A stretch of DNA of 64,000 bases. Origin: Candidatus Calescibacterium sp. (lineage in GTDB: Bacteria > Calescibacteriota > Calescibacteriia > Calescibacteriales > Calescibacteriaceae). The notes below the pieces were generated by a model. The model did not search any database. It saw only the letters and a program-made list of their open reading frames with translations, and was not told the DNA's origin. The number at the start of each line of letters is the position of its first letter. The first letter of the stretch is position 1. Of this stretch, positions 41,182-51,072 are shown in pieces. The position numbers were made by a program, and so were the translations under genes. The stretch spans positions 144,283 to 208,282 of the forward strand of contig JAVVGL010000001.1 of NCBI GenBank assembly GCA_032249135.1. Reading direction: 5' to 3'.

Positions 41182-41616
41182 TCATCTTATGAATACTTTT
41201 TTAATTTCAGATTTTTTCCATTCAAGGTAATCTTTTATTATTTGTGAGTGGTCAAATACAAGTTTGTCAAAAGGAATCTTATCTAAATCAAAAACAAAAG
41301 CTCTTTTTGCATCATCTCCTGCTTTCAACTCCTGAGTACTATCCGCCTCTCCTACAAAAACTAAGGTCACTACATGTCCCCTTGGGTCCCTTTTTGGATC
41401 AGAATAAACGCCCAAAAATCCTTTTATTTTCACATCAAGACCTGTTTCCTCTTTTGCCTCCCTTCTTGCTGCATCTTCAACTTTTTCCCCTATCTCTATA
41501 AATCCACCCGGTAGAGCAAAACCTCGCGGCTCATTTAATCTTTCAATAATGACTATTCCGTTTTTGTATTCTATTATTGTATCAACTGATATGAGAGGAG
41601 TTTTTGGTGGTGGCAT
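41182..41616 (-). CDS. Nudix hydrolase (ADP-ribose pyrophosphatase-like)
   Basis: Nudix box PGGFIEIGEKVEDAARREAKEETGL; RDPR; FDH. Confidence 0.92.
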   Translation of the reverse strand: MPPPKTPLISVDTIIEYKNGIVIIERLNEPRGFALPGGFIEIGEKVEDAARREAKEETGLDVKIKGFLGVYSDPKRDPRGHVVTLVFVGEADSTQELKAGDDAKRAFVFDLDKIPFDKLVFDHSQIIKDYLEWKKSEIKKVFIR

Positions 41617-41634
41617 AATTCTGATCAACAAATT

Positions 41635-42093
41635 CTAATCAACAACTTCTATTCCCATACTTTTTGCTGAACCTTCTATTATTCTCAAAGCAGCCTCGAA
41701 AGAATTCACTTTGAGATCTGGTAATTTTATTTTTGCAATTTCTTCTAAATCTTTTCTTGTAATTTTACCTACAATTTTTCTTCCGGGAGCTCCCGAACCT
41801 TTTTCAAGTTTTGCATACTTTAAAATCAAAGCAGATGTGACCGGAGTCTTTATTATGAAATCAAAAGACCTATCTTTATACACTGTTATATGAGCTGTAA
41901 CAGGCATACCTTTCGGGAAATTTTTTGATGCATCATTAAATCTTTTGCAAAATTCCGCTATATTTATTCCTCTTTGACCTAAAGCTGGACCAATTGGAGG
42001 AGCTGGGGTTGCTTCTTGGGCAGGAATTTTCAATCTGAATTTTGCAACAACCTCTTTCGCTCCTCCGCCCGCCGGTTTCTTTTCTGCCTTCAT
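41635..42093 (-). CDS. rplK: 50S ribosomal protein L11
   Basis: [41 protein letters not shown]. Confidence 0.95.
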   Translation of the reverse strand: MKAEKKPAGGGAKEVVAKFRLKIPAQEATPAPPIGPALGQRGINIAEFCKRFNDASKNFPKGMPVTAHITVYKDRSFDFIIKTPVTSALILKYAKLEKGSGAPGRKIVGKITRKDLEEIAKIKLPDLKVNSFEAALRIIEGSAKSMGIEVVD

Positions 42094-42214
42094 AAAATTT
42101 CATTTTACCCTTCTCAAATTAAAAAAGAATAATTTCAAGAATTATTTTCCGCAAGTTCCGATTTTTTGTTCAGAAAAAATCACAATTTACCGAACATCTT
42201 AAATTTTGTCTGAT

Positions 42215-42721
42215 ATGGAAACTCGTCCAAAAATTGCAGTTTATCCCGGGACCTTTGATCCCATAACACTTGGGCATGTCAGTGTTGTGAAGAGAGGACT
42301 TTTGGTTTTTGATAAAATTATAGTAGCAGTAGCAAGAGATACTCATAAAAATACATTTTTCTCGTTTGATGAAAGATTCCAAATTCTGTGTGAAGTTTTC
42401 CAAGATGAACCGAGAATTGAAGTGAGAAAATTTGAGGGACTTTTGGTTGATTTCGTAAAAGAAGTTGGAACAAATATCATTTTAAGGGGATTGAGAACTG
42501 TTTCAGATTTTGAGTATGAGTTCCAGATGGCTCTTACCAACAGAAAACTTGATAACTCAATAGAAACTGTCTTTATAATGGCAGAGGATCATGTTTCTTA
42601 TTTCTCTTCTTCCCTTGTCAAAGAAATAGCAAGATTAGGCGGTGATATAAGCCATCTTGTACCTCCACCTGTGATAAAATGGTTTGAAAAAAAAGGCTTA
42701 AATATTTCAAGAAAAAAGTAG
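42215..42721 (+). CDS. coaD: Phosphopantetheine adenylyltransferase
   Basis: YPGTFDPIT.GH, RGLR..SDFEYEFQMA, SSSLVKE. Confidence 0.96.
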   Translation: METRPKIAVYPGTFDPITLGHVSVVKRGLLVFDKIIVAVARDTHKNTFFSFDERFQILCEVFQDEPRIEVRKFEGLLVDFVKEVGTNIILRGLRTVSDFEYEFQMALTNRKLDNSIETVFIMAEDHVSYFSSSLVKEIARLGGDISHLVPPPVIKWFEKKGLNISRKK

Positions 42722-42731
42722 AGCCCTAAAC

Positions 42732-42992
42732 TTACTCGCTTTTTTTTCTACCTCTTTTTGATTCAAGCCAATTCAGTATCTTTTGCCTAATCTCCTCATC
42801 AATTACATTTTTTGCATCATCTTTCTCAATCACTTTCTTCAATACTTCTTTTTTCTCCGGTGCTGATAATGTAAGTTTAAACTCTATACCAGCTTCTGTG
42901 CAGAGATCCCTTAAAGTTTCAGAAAAACTCTTCCTCCAGAACCTTGAAAGTTTTTCTATTATATCGTTAAATTCTTTATCTGTGAGCGCCAT
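42732..42992 (-). CDS. Small hypothetical protein
   Basis: 86-aa ORF, typical composition, fills gap co-oriented downstream of bioB. Confidence 0.55.
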   Translation of the reverse strand: MALTDKEFNDIIEKLSRFWRKSFSETLRDLCTEAGIEFKLTLSAPEKKEVLKKVIEKDDAKNVIDEEIRQKILNWLESKRGRKKSE

Positions 42993-43070
42993 ATTGAATT
43001 AATTAATTAATTAATTAATAAAATAAAAATCCAGAAAATTTTTCTTGAATTTTTTATGCTTTTGAAATTC

Positions 43071-44138
43071 TTATGCTTTTGCTTCTACTTTCATATTTGA
43101 TAATACTATATTTGCTTTTTCCTTTATATGATCCGGAAGCTCGAGCCCCAAAGATAAAGCGAGTTTCCAATCTTCTTTATAATCTTGCCCCAGAGTTGTA
43201 AGGTAGTTTCCAACCATAAGGTCGTCTGCTCCTGCTTTAATTACCCAATCTTGCTTACTTCCAAAAACAACCTCTCTGCCCCCTGCCACTTTTATTTGCT
43301 TTGTTGGATTTACAAACCTCATCATAGCTATGCACTTTGCTGCTTCCTCTGGAGATATAATTTTTTGATTTTCCAAAGGCGTGCCAGGTCTTGGATTGAG
43401 AAAATTTATTGGAATTATTTTCGGATCAATCTTTTTAAGTTCAAAAGCTATCTCAACCCTATCCTCATTCGTTTCTCCCATACCGAAAATGCATCCACAA
43501 CACACACCTATTCCTACTTGCTTGAGTATATTTATTGTTCTTATCCTATCCTCATATGTATGCGTTGTGCAAATTTTTGAGAAGAACCGCGGAGATGTTT
43601 CTATGTTGTGATTTGAGTGGTCAACTCCTGCGTCTTTGAGCTTAATAGCTTGTTTTTCAGTGAGCTCCCCTAAAGTTGCGTCAGGAGATATTCCCGGAAC
43701 ATTTTTTCTTATTTCCCTTACCATCTCGCATATTATTTCAACTTCTTTATCAGTCGGACCTCTTCCAGATGTCACTATTCCAAATTTTGTTGCCCCCATA
43801 TCATAAGCCTCCTTTGCCCTCCTTACTGCTTCCTCAACGCTAATTAGAGGATATCTTTTTATTTGTGTTTTCCACTTGGTAGATTGGGCGCAAAATTTGC
43901 AATCCTCGGGACACAATCCACTTTTTGCATTCACTATTGCGCAAAAATCTATTTTATTACCTCTGAACTTTTCCCTTATTTGCGTAGCACATTCAAAAAG
44001 TACTTCAAGATAATTTGATGGAAAGTTCAAAATCATCATTGCTTCATCCTTTGTTATCTCTCCCCCATCAAGAACCTTCTTTGTCATCTCCCTTATCCTT
44101 TTCTCATACTGGTTCTCTGTAAATACCATTAGTCTCAT
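43071..44138 (-). CDS. bioB: Biotin synthase
   Basis: NAKSG.CPEDCKFCAQS radical-SAM motif, HN.ETS, PINFL.P.PGTPL, GNYLTT.G. Confidence 0.96.
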   Translation of the reverse strand: MRLMVFTENQYEKRIREMTKKVLDGGEITKDEAMMILNFPSNYLEVLFECATQIREKFRGNKIDFCAIVNAKSGLCPEDCKFCAQSTKWKTQIKRYPLISVEEAVRRAKEAYDMGATKFGIVTSGRGPTDKEVEIICEMVREIRKNVPGISPDATLGELTEKQAIKLKDAGVDHSNHNIETSPRFFSKICTTHTYEDRIRTINILKQVGIGVCCGCIFGMGETNEDRVEIAFELKKIDPKIIPINFLNPRPGTPLENQKIISPEEAAKCIAMMRFVNPTKQIKVAGGREVVFGSKQDWVIKAGADDLMVGNYLTTLGQDYKEDWKLALSLGLELPDHIKEKANIVLSNMKVEAKA

Positions 44139-44282
44139 AATCTTATTATTTTCTTCTTTCTTGTAAACCTCAAAATTTTTTCGGGAAACTTTCTGTAAAA
44201 AATTTTTTTGAGAAAAAAATCGGAAAAAAGATAATGCTTTTTTGTAAATACCCAGAAGAATGATATAATTTTATTTTGCTAT

Positions 44283-45242
44283 ATGGAAGAAAGGAAAAAA
44301 AATATCATTTTTTTTGCGGTAGTTCTGTTAATCTCATTGTTATCTTTACTTTATCTTGCGTCAAAAATAGGGAAAATATGGAGTGGAGGATACAAAACCA
44401 TATACGCAAAATTTGAGAATATTAAAGGACTCGCAGAAAAGGCAGAAGTCAGACTTGGCGGAGTAAAAGTAGGATATGTAGATAAAATGAAAATTGAACT
44501 TGATAAAGAAAAAATTTCAGTCAAACTTGAAATGAAAATAAAAAAAGATGTTCCTTTAAGGAAAGATTTTGAAGCCCAAATAAGAATGAAAAGCCTTCTC
44601 GGAGAAAAATTCGTAGAACTTGTCCCAACAGGAAAAGGAGATATTTCTCCTGCACCGGATGGTTTTACAATAGAGAAAACAAAAATTCTGTTTGAACCTG
44701 ATGAGCTTATAATGTCTTTTGAACCCTTCATAAAAAGTTTGGATCCACAAGTCATAAGGGAATTAGCAAACATAGCCCCAGAGCTTGTAAAAAATATCAC
44801 CCCTTTAATTCAAAATACCTCTGAACTCATAGAAAAACTTGACAAAACCCTTGAAGAATCAGCAAAAATTGTGAGTGGATTGGAAAAAACAATAAAAGTT
44901 GGAAATGAGATGCTAGAACTACTTGCTTACAATAAAAACAATATAGAAAAATTGCTGCGTGTGTCTCCAGAATTGGTTCAAAATATAAACAACTCTATAC
45001 CTGAACTTCTTACAACAGTCAAAAGTGTAAATGAAACTTTGGCATATCTTAACCAAAATCAAAAAGATAGTTTCTCTCGCATATTTGAGATAACTCCGCA
45101 AGTTCTTTTAGAAACTCAAAAGCTCCTCATTAACCTCAATAATATGATGCCAGAATTCCAAAAAGTAATGACAGAAGCCATACCTATGATAAGAAAACTC
45201 AACGAAATATTAGAAAAGGGAGTGAAAGTAAGAGTGTTTTAA
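44283..45242 (+). CDS. MlaD/MCE-domain protein with helical extension
   Basis: N-terminal TM; F..I.GL...A.V..GGVKVG.V; LLGEKFVEL.P. Confidence 0.88.
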   Translation: MEERKKNIIFFAVVLLISLLSLLYLASKIGKIWSGGYKTIYAKFENIKGLAEKAEVRLGGVKVGYVDKMKIELDKEKISVKLEMKIKKDVPLRKDFEAQIRMKSLLGEKFVELVPTGKGDISPAPDGFTIEKTKILFEPDELIMSFEPFIKSLDPQVIRELANIAPELVKNITPLIQNTSELIEKLDKTLEESAKIVSGLEKTIKVGNEMLELLAYNKNNIEKLLRVSPELVQNINNSIPELLTTVKSVNETLAYLNQNQKDSFSRIFEITPQVLLETQKLLINLNNMMPEFQKVMTEAIPMIRKLNEILEKGVKVRVF

Positions 45243-45244
45243 AA

Positions 45245-45863
45245 ATGAGAAACGAAAAAAATTGAAAAAGCAATAAAGACAATAAAAGGCAAAATTGAAA
45301 CAAGAGGCTTAAAAGTTGTAAAGGTAATTCTTTTCGGTTCAAGAGCAAAAGGAACACCAAAAGAAGATTAGTGACTGAGATTTTCTAATTTTATAATTGA
45401 TAAAAGATTTGGATAAAATACAAAATGGAACATAATTATCAAAATCAAACGGGAACCTGCACCCCTGAAAATACCCAACGACATCATTATTAACCCAGTA
45501 AGAGAGTTTTAAGGACTAAACTCTCCGAAACCATTTACAAATGCAATTTGTTTTCATTGCCAGCAATGTGTTGAGAAGTACTTAAAAGCATATCTTACTT
45601 TTTTGGGAAACCTTTTAGAAAAACGCATGACCTTGCAGAACTGATAAATAAATGGTAGAATTAGATAATGATTTCCAAATCCTTTTTGACATGAATGTAG
45701 ATAAATTGACTCAATATGCAATAGATGCAAGGTACCCGCAAAAGTTTTTTCTCCCAGATATTCCTGATGCAAAAGAAGCGATTGAAATCAAAAAGCGATT
45801 GAAATCGCAGAAAAAGTTATAAATTCCGTTATTGAAAAATTAAAAAAAAGGAAAATTTTTTAA
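45245..45863 (+). pseudogene. Decayed MNT (nucleotidyltransferase)-HEPN toxin-antitoxin pair
   Basis: Fragments KIEKAIKTIK..IE.RGLKV.KVILFGSRAKG.PKED* and PFTNAICFHCQQCVEKYLKAYL..PFRKTHDLAELI match 50310..51055, with stops and frameshifts. Confidence 0.85.
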
Positions 45864-45973
45864 AGATTAGAAAAATATGGAGGAATCATAGGAGTTGAAG
45901 GTTTTATTTTGGGAAAATTTTGTATATTACCTAAAAGAATTTTAATTCAGATATAATAATAAAGAGGATTTAG

Positions 45974-46753
45974 ATGGATATTTCCACTCTAAATCTTATA
46001 ATAGGAGCAATTTCTACTATCCTAATTATATTTTCATTTTTAGTATTTATAACTTCACCCCAATCTACCACCGATTATGATAGAGAAAGAGTAGAAAAAG
46101 AAAGTAGCTCTGTCCCAGAGGCTTTAAGAGGAATTTATAATGCAGTTGGGAATTGGTTATATTGGATAGTTTCAAAATCTAAATTTCTCCATAATATAAA
46201 CCCACAAAGCTTATCTTTTATGGGACTTGTACTAAACTTGCTCGGTGCTCTATTTATATCTGCTGAAATCATATCCCTGGGAGCAATATTTATCACAGGA
46301 GGTGGAATTTTAGACATAATAGATGGAAAAGTAGCAAGAGAAAAAAGAATGGCAAAAAAATCTGGCAGCCTCCTAGATTCCGTATTAGATAGAATAGGCG
46401 AAATAGCGATATTTTCATCAATATGCTTTTTCCTGATGAAAAAAGGAGAATACACTTTTTCTGTAATAACTACGCTTGCTATGGGATTTTCTATGCTCGT
46501 AAGCTATGTGAGAGCAAAAGCCGAATCTTTGGGATTAAGTCCAAAAGAAGGAATAATGAGAAGACAAGAAAGAGTATTTATAATGGCAGTATCCTTGCTT
46601 TTGGATTCGATATTTCAATACATAACACAAAAAATAATTTTTTTGCCTTTCGGCATAGCAATAATACTTGTGGGAAGCTTCATAACTTCAATTATAAGAT
46701 TCAAAAAATCATATGATGAACTTGAAGAGAAGGGAAAAAAGAGTGAAAAATAA
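45974..46753 (+). CDS. CDP-alcohol phosphatidyltransferase family protein
   Basis: DIIDGKVAR......SG.LLDSVLDR; VSYVRAKAE; R.ER. Confidence 0.9.
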   Translation: MDISTLNLIIGAISTILIIFSFLVFITSPQSTTDYDRERVEKESSSVPEALRGIYNAVGNWLYWIVSKSKFLHNINPQSLSFMGLVLNLLGALFISAEIISLGAIFITGGGILDIIDGKVAREKRMAKKSGSLLDSVLDRIGEIAIFSSICFFLMKKGEYTFSVITTLAMGFSMLVSYVRAKAESLGLSPKEGIMRRQERVFIMAVSLLLDSIFQYITQKIIFLPFGIAIILVGSFITSIIRFKKSYDELEEKGKKSEK

Positions 46754-46817
46754 AAAAGAAAAGAAAAAATAATGAAAATTAATGAAAATTAATAGATAAA
46801 AATTAATAAGGAGACAC

Positions 46818-47576
46818 ATGTCTATGGAAATACAAAACAGTAAAATAAGAATAATGATTTTTAGAGGGGAAAGAGGGGAAGGTGATTTTAAAGAGTATGA
46901 GATACCGTATCAGGAAGGAATGGTAGTTCTTGATGCAGTTTTATACGTTCAAAGTAAAATTGATGGAGATATATCTGTAAGATGGAACTGCAAAGCTGCA
47001 AAGTGCGGGTCGTGCGCAGCAGAAATAAATGGAAAACCATCTTTGATGTGCAAAACAAAGGTTGCAGAATTAAAACAGCCAATAAAAGTTGAACCGCTTA
47101 AAGCTTATCCTCACATAAAAGACCTCGTAGCAGATACATCATGGAACCTAAAAACAAGAAGAAAAATAATAAAAGATGTTGGTTTCACCCCAAAGAAAAA
47201 CGCATCATGGATAATGAAGGACGAAGAAATAGAAAAAGGCAGAGAAATGAGAAAATGTATAGAATGTGCCCTGTGTCTTGATATCTGCCATGTTCTCCGA
47301 GAACACAAACTATTTGACAAATTCGTCGGACCAGCATATTTGGTTTTCACAGCTTATCTTGAATCACATCCTATGGATTCACTTGATAGAATTTCATATC
47401 TGAAAGAACAAGAAGGAATAATGTATTGCAATATAACGAAGTGTTGCACAGAAGTGTGTCCAGAAGAAATTCGCATAACAGACAACGCAATAATCCCGCT
47501 AAAAGAAAGTGTTGCGGATCAGTATTTTGATCCAATAAAAATGCTCCTGAGAAAGCTAAAACAAGCAGGAAAATAA
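46818..47576 (+). CDS. sdhB: Succinate dehydrogenase/fumarate reductase iron-sulfur subunit
   Basis: CKAAKCGSC, CIECALCLDIC, CNITKCCTEVCP clusters. Confidence 0.9.
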   Translation: MSMEIQNSKIRIMIFRGERGEGDFKEYEIPYQEGMVVLDAVLYVQSKIDGDISVRWNCKAAKCGSCAAEINGKPSLMCKTKVAELKQPIKVEPLKAYPHIKDLVADTSWNLKTRRKIIKDVGFTPKKNASWIMKDEEIEKGREMRKCIECALCLDICHVLREHKLFDKFVGPAYLVFTAYLESHPMDSLDRISYLKEQEGIMYCNITKCCTEVCPEEIRITDNAIIPLKESVADQYFDPIKMLLRKLKQAGK

Positions 47577-47609
47577 AAAACTGAGGAAGTAAAAAAATCA
47601 TAAAACAAA

Positions 47610-48449
47610 ATGGAACAAGTTGAAAGAGAATTTGAAATAGGGGAAGAAGGAACAAGGAAATGTTATTTAGGGAAGGATTTAATTTTTATTTCTGGTCCAT
47701 GTGTTATAGAGAGTGAAGAATTTACCTTAAGATGTGCTGATACTCTTTTGAAAATTGCGGAAAAGCATAAAATACAACTTATTTTCAAAGCATCTTATGA
47801 CAAAGCAAATAGAACGTCAATAAAATCTTTCAGAGGACCTGGGCTCGAAAAAGGACTTGAAATTCTGAAAAAAGTTAAAGAGAAAGTTGGTCTCCCAGTT
47901 TTATCAGATGTTCACTGCAAAGAAGAAGTAGAACCTGCATCTGAGGTATTAGATGTAATACAAATTCCGGCTTTCCTTGCAAGGCAGACGGATTTACTCA
48001 TAAAAGCCGGGAAAACTCAAAAACCGCTTAACATAAAAAAGCCTCAGTTCGTATCTCCTGAAAGCACAAAATACATAGTAGAAAAAGTTTTGACAACGGG
48101 AAACAAAAAAATAATGTTGTGTGAAAGAGGATATGCATTTGGATATGGAGACCTTATTGTTGATTTCAGAGGGATACCAATAATGAGAACTTGGGCAAAT
48201 ATAATTTTTGATGGAACTCATAGCGTACAAAAACCATCAGCAGGAGAAGGAATATCAGAAGGTCAAAGGTGGCTTGTTCCTTTTCTTTCAAGAGCAGCCG
48301 CAGCAGTTGGAGTTGATGGTTTTTTCTTTGAAACACACCCAGAACCAGAAAAAGCTCTATCTGACCCAAAAACATCAATAGACTATAAAATGTTTGAAAA
48401 AATAATAGAAGAAATAAAAAGAATAAAAGATGCTCTGAACCATATATGA
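47610..48449 (+). CDS. kdsA: KDO8P synthase
   Basis: GPCVIES, KASYDKANRTS, QIPAFL.RQTDL, D.THSVQ. Confidence 0.96.
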   Translation: MEQVEREFEIGEEGTRKCYLGKDLIFISGPCVIESEEFTLRCADTLLKIAEKHKIQLIFKASYDKANRTSIKSFRGPGLEKGLEILKKVKEKVGLPVLSDVHCKEEVEPASEVLDVIQIPAFLARQTDLLIKAGKTQKPLNIKKPQFVSPESTKYIVEKVLTTGNKKIMLCERGYAFGYGDLIVDFRGIPIMRTWANIIFDGTHSVQKPSAGEGISEGQRWLVPFLSRAAAAVGVDGFFFETHPEPEKALSDPKTSIDYKMFEKIIEEIKRIKDALNHI

Positions 48450-48589
48450 AAAATCTTTATGACCTGAAATGAAATAATTTTATGAAAAACATAATTCAAA
48501 TCCTCAAAAAAAATTCCGATTAATTTAAAATATGTCTGGGGGAAAGGGGGTAAAGAAGGTTCTTTCCTCAAAAAAGGAGGAGAGAACCC

Positions 48590-48820
48590 ATGAGATGTAT
48601 AAAATGTGGAGGAATTATGTTTGCAGAGTTTTTGATGACAAAAGAAGGGGCATTAAAAATTCTCAAATGTATAACCTGCGGAAGAATAACGGATACATTA
48701 TCTGAACTTAACAGAATCAATCCACCACCCCCACCGGAAAGGCGTGGAAGAAAGCCCAATCATCTAATAAAAGAAATAAAACTTAAACCAATATCAAGAA
48801 GAAAAAGAGCAACAAAATAA
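48590..48820 (+). CDS. Small zinc-ribbon protein with basic tail
   Basis: MRCIKCGG.M...KCITCG; SD AAGGAGG upstream. Confidence 0.65.
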   Translation: MRCIKCGGIMFAEFLMTKEGALKILKCITCGRITDTLSELNRINPPPPPERRGRKPNHLIKEIKLKPISRRKRATK

Positions 48821-48825
48821 TAGTT

Positions 48826-50184
48826 TTATTTTTTACCTTTTGATTTTTTATCTTCTTCATCGTATATTTTGAGTATGTAGTCAAGAGATTTTATTGTTCG
48901 TTGAAGGCGTCTTTCAATTGAGAAGGCATGACCAAAAAGTCCTTCCATATTTGCAAGCTTTATTGCATGCTCCGAAACTTCTATCATTCTCCTCCTTGTG
49001 AAGAAAATTATATTTGTTTTTTTCACAAAATCTTCAACAGAAAGTCCGGATGCAAATCTTGCTGTTCCTCCTGTTGGCAAAACATGACTTGGACCAGCTA
49101 TGTAATCTCCAATGGCAGGTGGAGAATTTACTCCAATAAAAATAGTTCCCGCATTTTTTATTTGTTTCGCAACCTTCATCGGGTTTCTTGTGAGAACCTC
49201 AACATGCTCTGGAGCTATCCTATTCACCAAATCCACTGATTCCTCAATAGATCTTGTCTCAATTAATGCACTTTGAGATCTGAATGCCTCCTCTATTATC
49301 TCCCGCCTTGGCATTATTTTCATAAGGAAATAGACTATATTTTTTATTTGATGGAGATAAGGTCCAACATGAGATATAGCAACGCATAATGCTCTTTCAT
49401 CATGTTCAGCCTGAGCTATTATATCTATTGCGGGTATGAGAGGATGAACTGAACCATCACAAATTGCGACAAGCTCCGAAGGTCCAGCTATAAGGTCAAC
49501 GCCTACTGAACCTTGAACAAGCCTTTTGGCAGTTGCAACATAAATATTACCAGGTCCGGCTATTTTATCTACGGCAGGAACAACATCTGTTCCAAAAGCA
49601 AATGAAGCAATAGCTTGCGCTCCGCCTATCTTGAATATCTTGTCTACTCCCACTACTTTCGCTGCAAAAATCGTATATGGATTTATCTTCCCCTGAACAG
49701 CAGGAGTAGCAAGGTATATATTTTTTACTCCTGCAACCTTTGCTGGAATTGCGGTCATGAGTACTGTTGATGGGTATCCTGCTTTTCCCCCGGGACAATA
49801 TAAACCAACAGACTCCAAAGGTATAACTACTCTCTCTATTTTTGCTCCTTTTTCTTTGTAGATTACATTACCCGGAAAAGTTGATTTATGATATGCCTCA
49901 ATTCTTTCAGCAGCTTTTTCTATCGCTTTTCTATCTTCTTTTGTCACATATTTTTCTGCTTCCTCAATTTCCTTTTTTGTCATCACAAGATTTTCGGGGG
50001 AAACAGGATTCCACCCATCAAATTTCCTTGTGTATTCAATGAGAGCTTTATCTTTTCTTTCCCTTATATCAATGATTATCTTCCTTACCCTATCTTCAAT
50101 TGTAGAATCCGGCGATATATTTCTTCTTAATATTCTCCTGAAAATCTCTCCGAACTCCTCACTCTTTGTTGATACTATTATCAT
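48826..50184 (-). CDS. hisD: Histidinol dehydrogenase
   Basis: PGGKA.YPSTVLM, GGAQAI, GPGN.YV..AK, AGPSE, QAEHD, APEH, GDY.AGPSHVLPT. Confidence 0.96.
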   Translation of the reverse strand: MIIVSTKSEEFGEIFRRILRRNISPDSTIEDRVRKIIIDIRERKDKALIEYTRKFDGWNPVSPENLVMTKKEIEEAEKYVTKEDRKAIEKAAERIEAYHKSTFPGNVIYKEKGAKIERVVIPLESVGLYCPGGKAGYPSTVLMTAIPAKVAGVKNIYLATPAVQGKINPYTIFAAKVVGVDKIFKIGGAQAIASFAFGTDVVPAVDKIAGPGNIYVATAKRLVQGSVGVDLIAGPSELVAICDGSVHPLIPAIDIIAQAEHDERALCVAISHVGPYLHQIKNIVYFLMKIMPRREIIEEAFRSQSALIETRSIEESVDLVNRIAPEHVEVLTRNPMKVAKQIKNAGTIFIGVNSPPAIGDYIAGPSHVLPTGGTARFASGLSVEDFVKKTNIIFFTRRRMIEVSEHAIKLANMEGLFGHAFSIERRLQRTIKSLDYILKIYDEEDKKSKGKK

Positions 50185-50210
50185 ATCATCTCAAAACCAA
50201 AAAAGAAAAG

Positions 50211-50318
50211 AAAAAATAATTTTGAGATCTGATGCAAAATTTTATTTTCTTTCAGATTTTTTGAGAAAGTCAAACAAAATTTTGAGAGCAAGATAAGAAG
50301 CTAAAATCTTCAAATTTT
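50211..50318. repeat. 108-bp direct repeat, copy 1 (duplicate of cinA 3' end)
   Basis: 106/108 identical to 51073..51180 by manual alignment. Confidence 0.95.
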
Positions 50319-50723
50319 ATAATCAAATCCAATTTCTTTTAGCTTTCTGATGATAAAGTTTCTAACTTTCTTAGCTATTTCCAATGCTTCTTTTGCTTCT
50401 TCAATAGATGGGATGTAAAATTCATCAGGATATCTTATATCAACTGCATATCTTGTAAGTTTAGCAGCATTTAGGCTATAAAGAATTTCAAATTCCTCAT
50501 CTACCTCCTTACACAATTCAATTAGTTCAGATATATCATGTGTTTTTCTAAAAGGCTTACCTACAAATGAAAGATAAGCTTTTAAATATTTTTCAACACA
50601 CTGCTGTGAGTGAAAACATATAGTGTTTGTAAATGGTTCCGTGGTAGATAATTCATCCTCTGCAGTTTTTAAGTCACCCTCTGCCAAAAAAATCCACCCT
50701 TTAACTGTTTTTTCTTCATTCAC
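50310..50723 (-). CDS. HEPN-domain protein (toxin of MNT-HEPN pair)
   Basis: W...A..DL..A, CFHSQQ.VEKYLKA.L, KTHD, RYP; GTG start overlaps MNT stop. Confidence 0.92.
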   Translation of the reverse strand: MNEEKTVKGWIFLAEGDLKTAEDELSTTEPFTNTICFHSQQCVEKYLKAYLSFVGKPFRKTHDISELIELCKEVDEEFEILYSLNAAKLTRYAVDIRYPDEFYIPSIEEAKEALEIAKKVRNFIIRKLKEIGFDYKI

Positions 50724-51055
50724 AACTCTATTCCTTCTTTTAGTACATAATATGTAATCCTTCCAACATCACATTTGCTTTCTTCTACCTCATCCTCTGA
50801 TTTCAGAATTATATCATTGGGTATTTTTAGCTTTGCCAATTTTATTTTTATGTCATCAATAATATTCCACTTTTCATTAAATCCCAATTTTTTATCAATA
50901 ATTACAAAAAAATCCCAATCACTATCGTCTCGTGGATTCCCTTTTGCTCTGGAACCAAAAAGTATTATTTTTTTTACTTTCAGTCCCTTACTTTCTATAG
51001 TTTCCTTTATAGTTTGTACTGCCCTTTGTATCTTGTTTCCGTAATTTTTATCCAT
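50720..51055 (-). CDS. Minimal nucleotidyltransferase (MNT antitoxin)
   Basis: LFGSRAKG.....SDWD (GSx10DxD); EG..L C-terminus. Confidence 0.92.
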   Translation of the reverse strand: MDKNYGNKIQRAVQTIKETIESKGLKVKKIILFGSRAKGNPRDDSDWDFFVIIDKKLGFNEKWNIIDDIKIKLAKLKIPNDIILKSEDEVEESKCDVGRITYYVLKEGIEL

Positions 51056-51072
51056 AGCAAAATCAGGGATCA

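Noticed and set aside
45554-45772. 72-aa minus-strand ORF
   Set aside because: Antisense to the HEPN pseudogene
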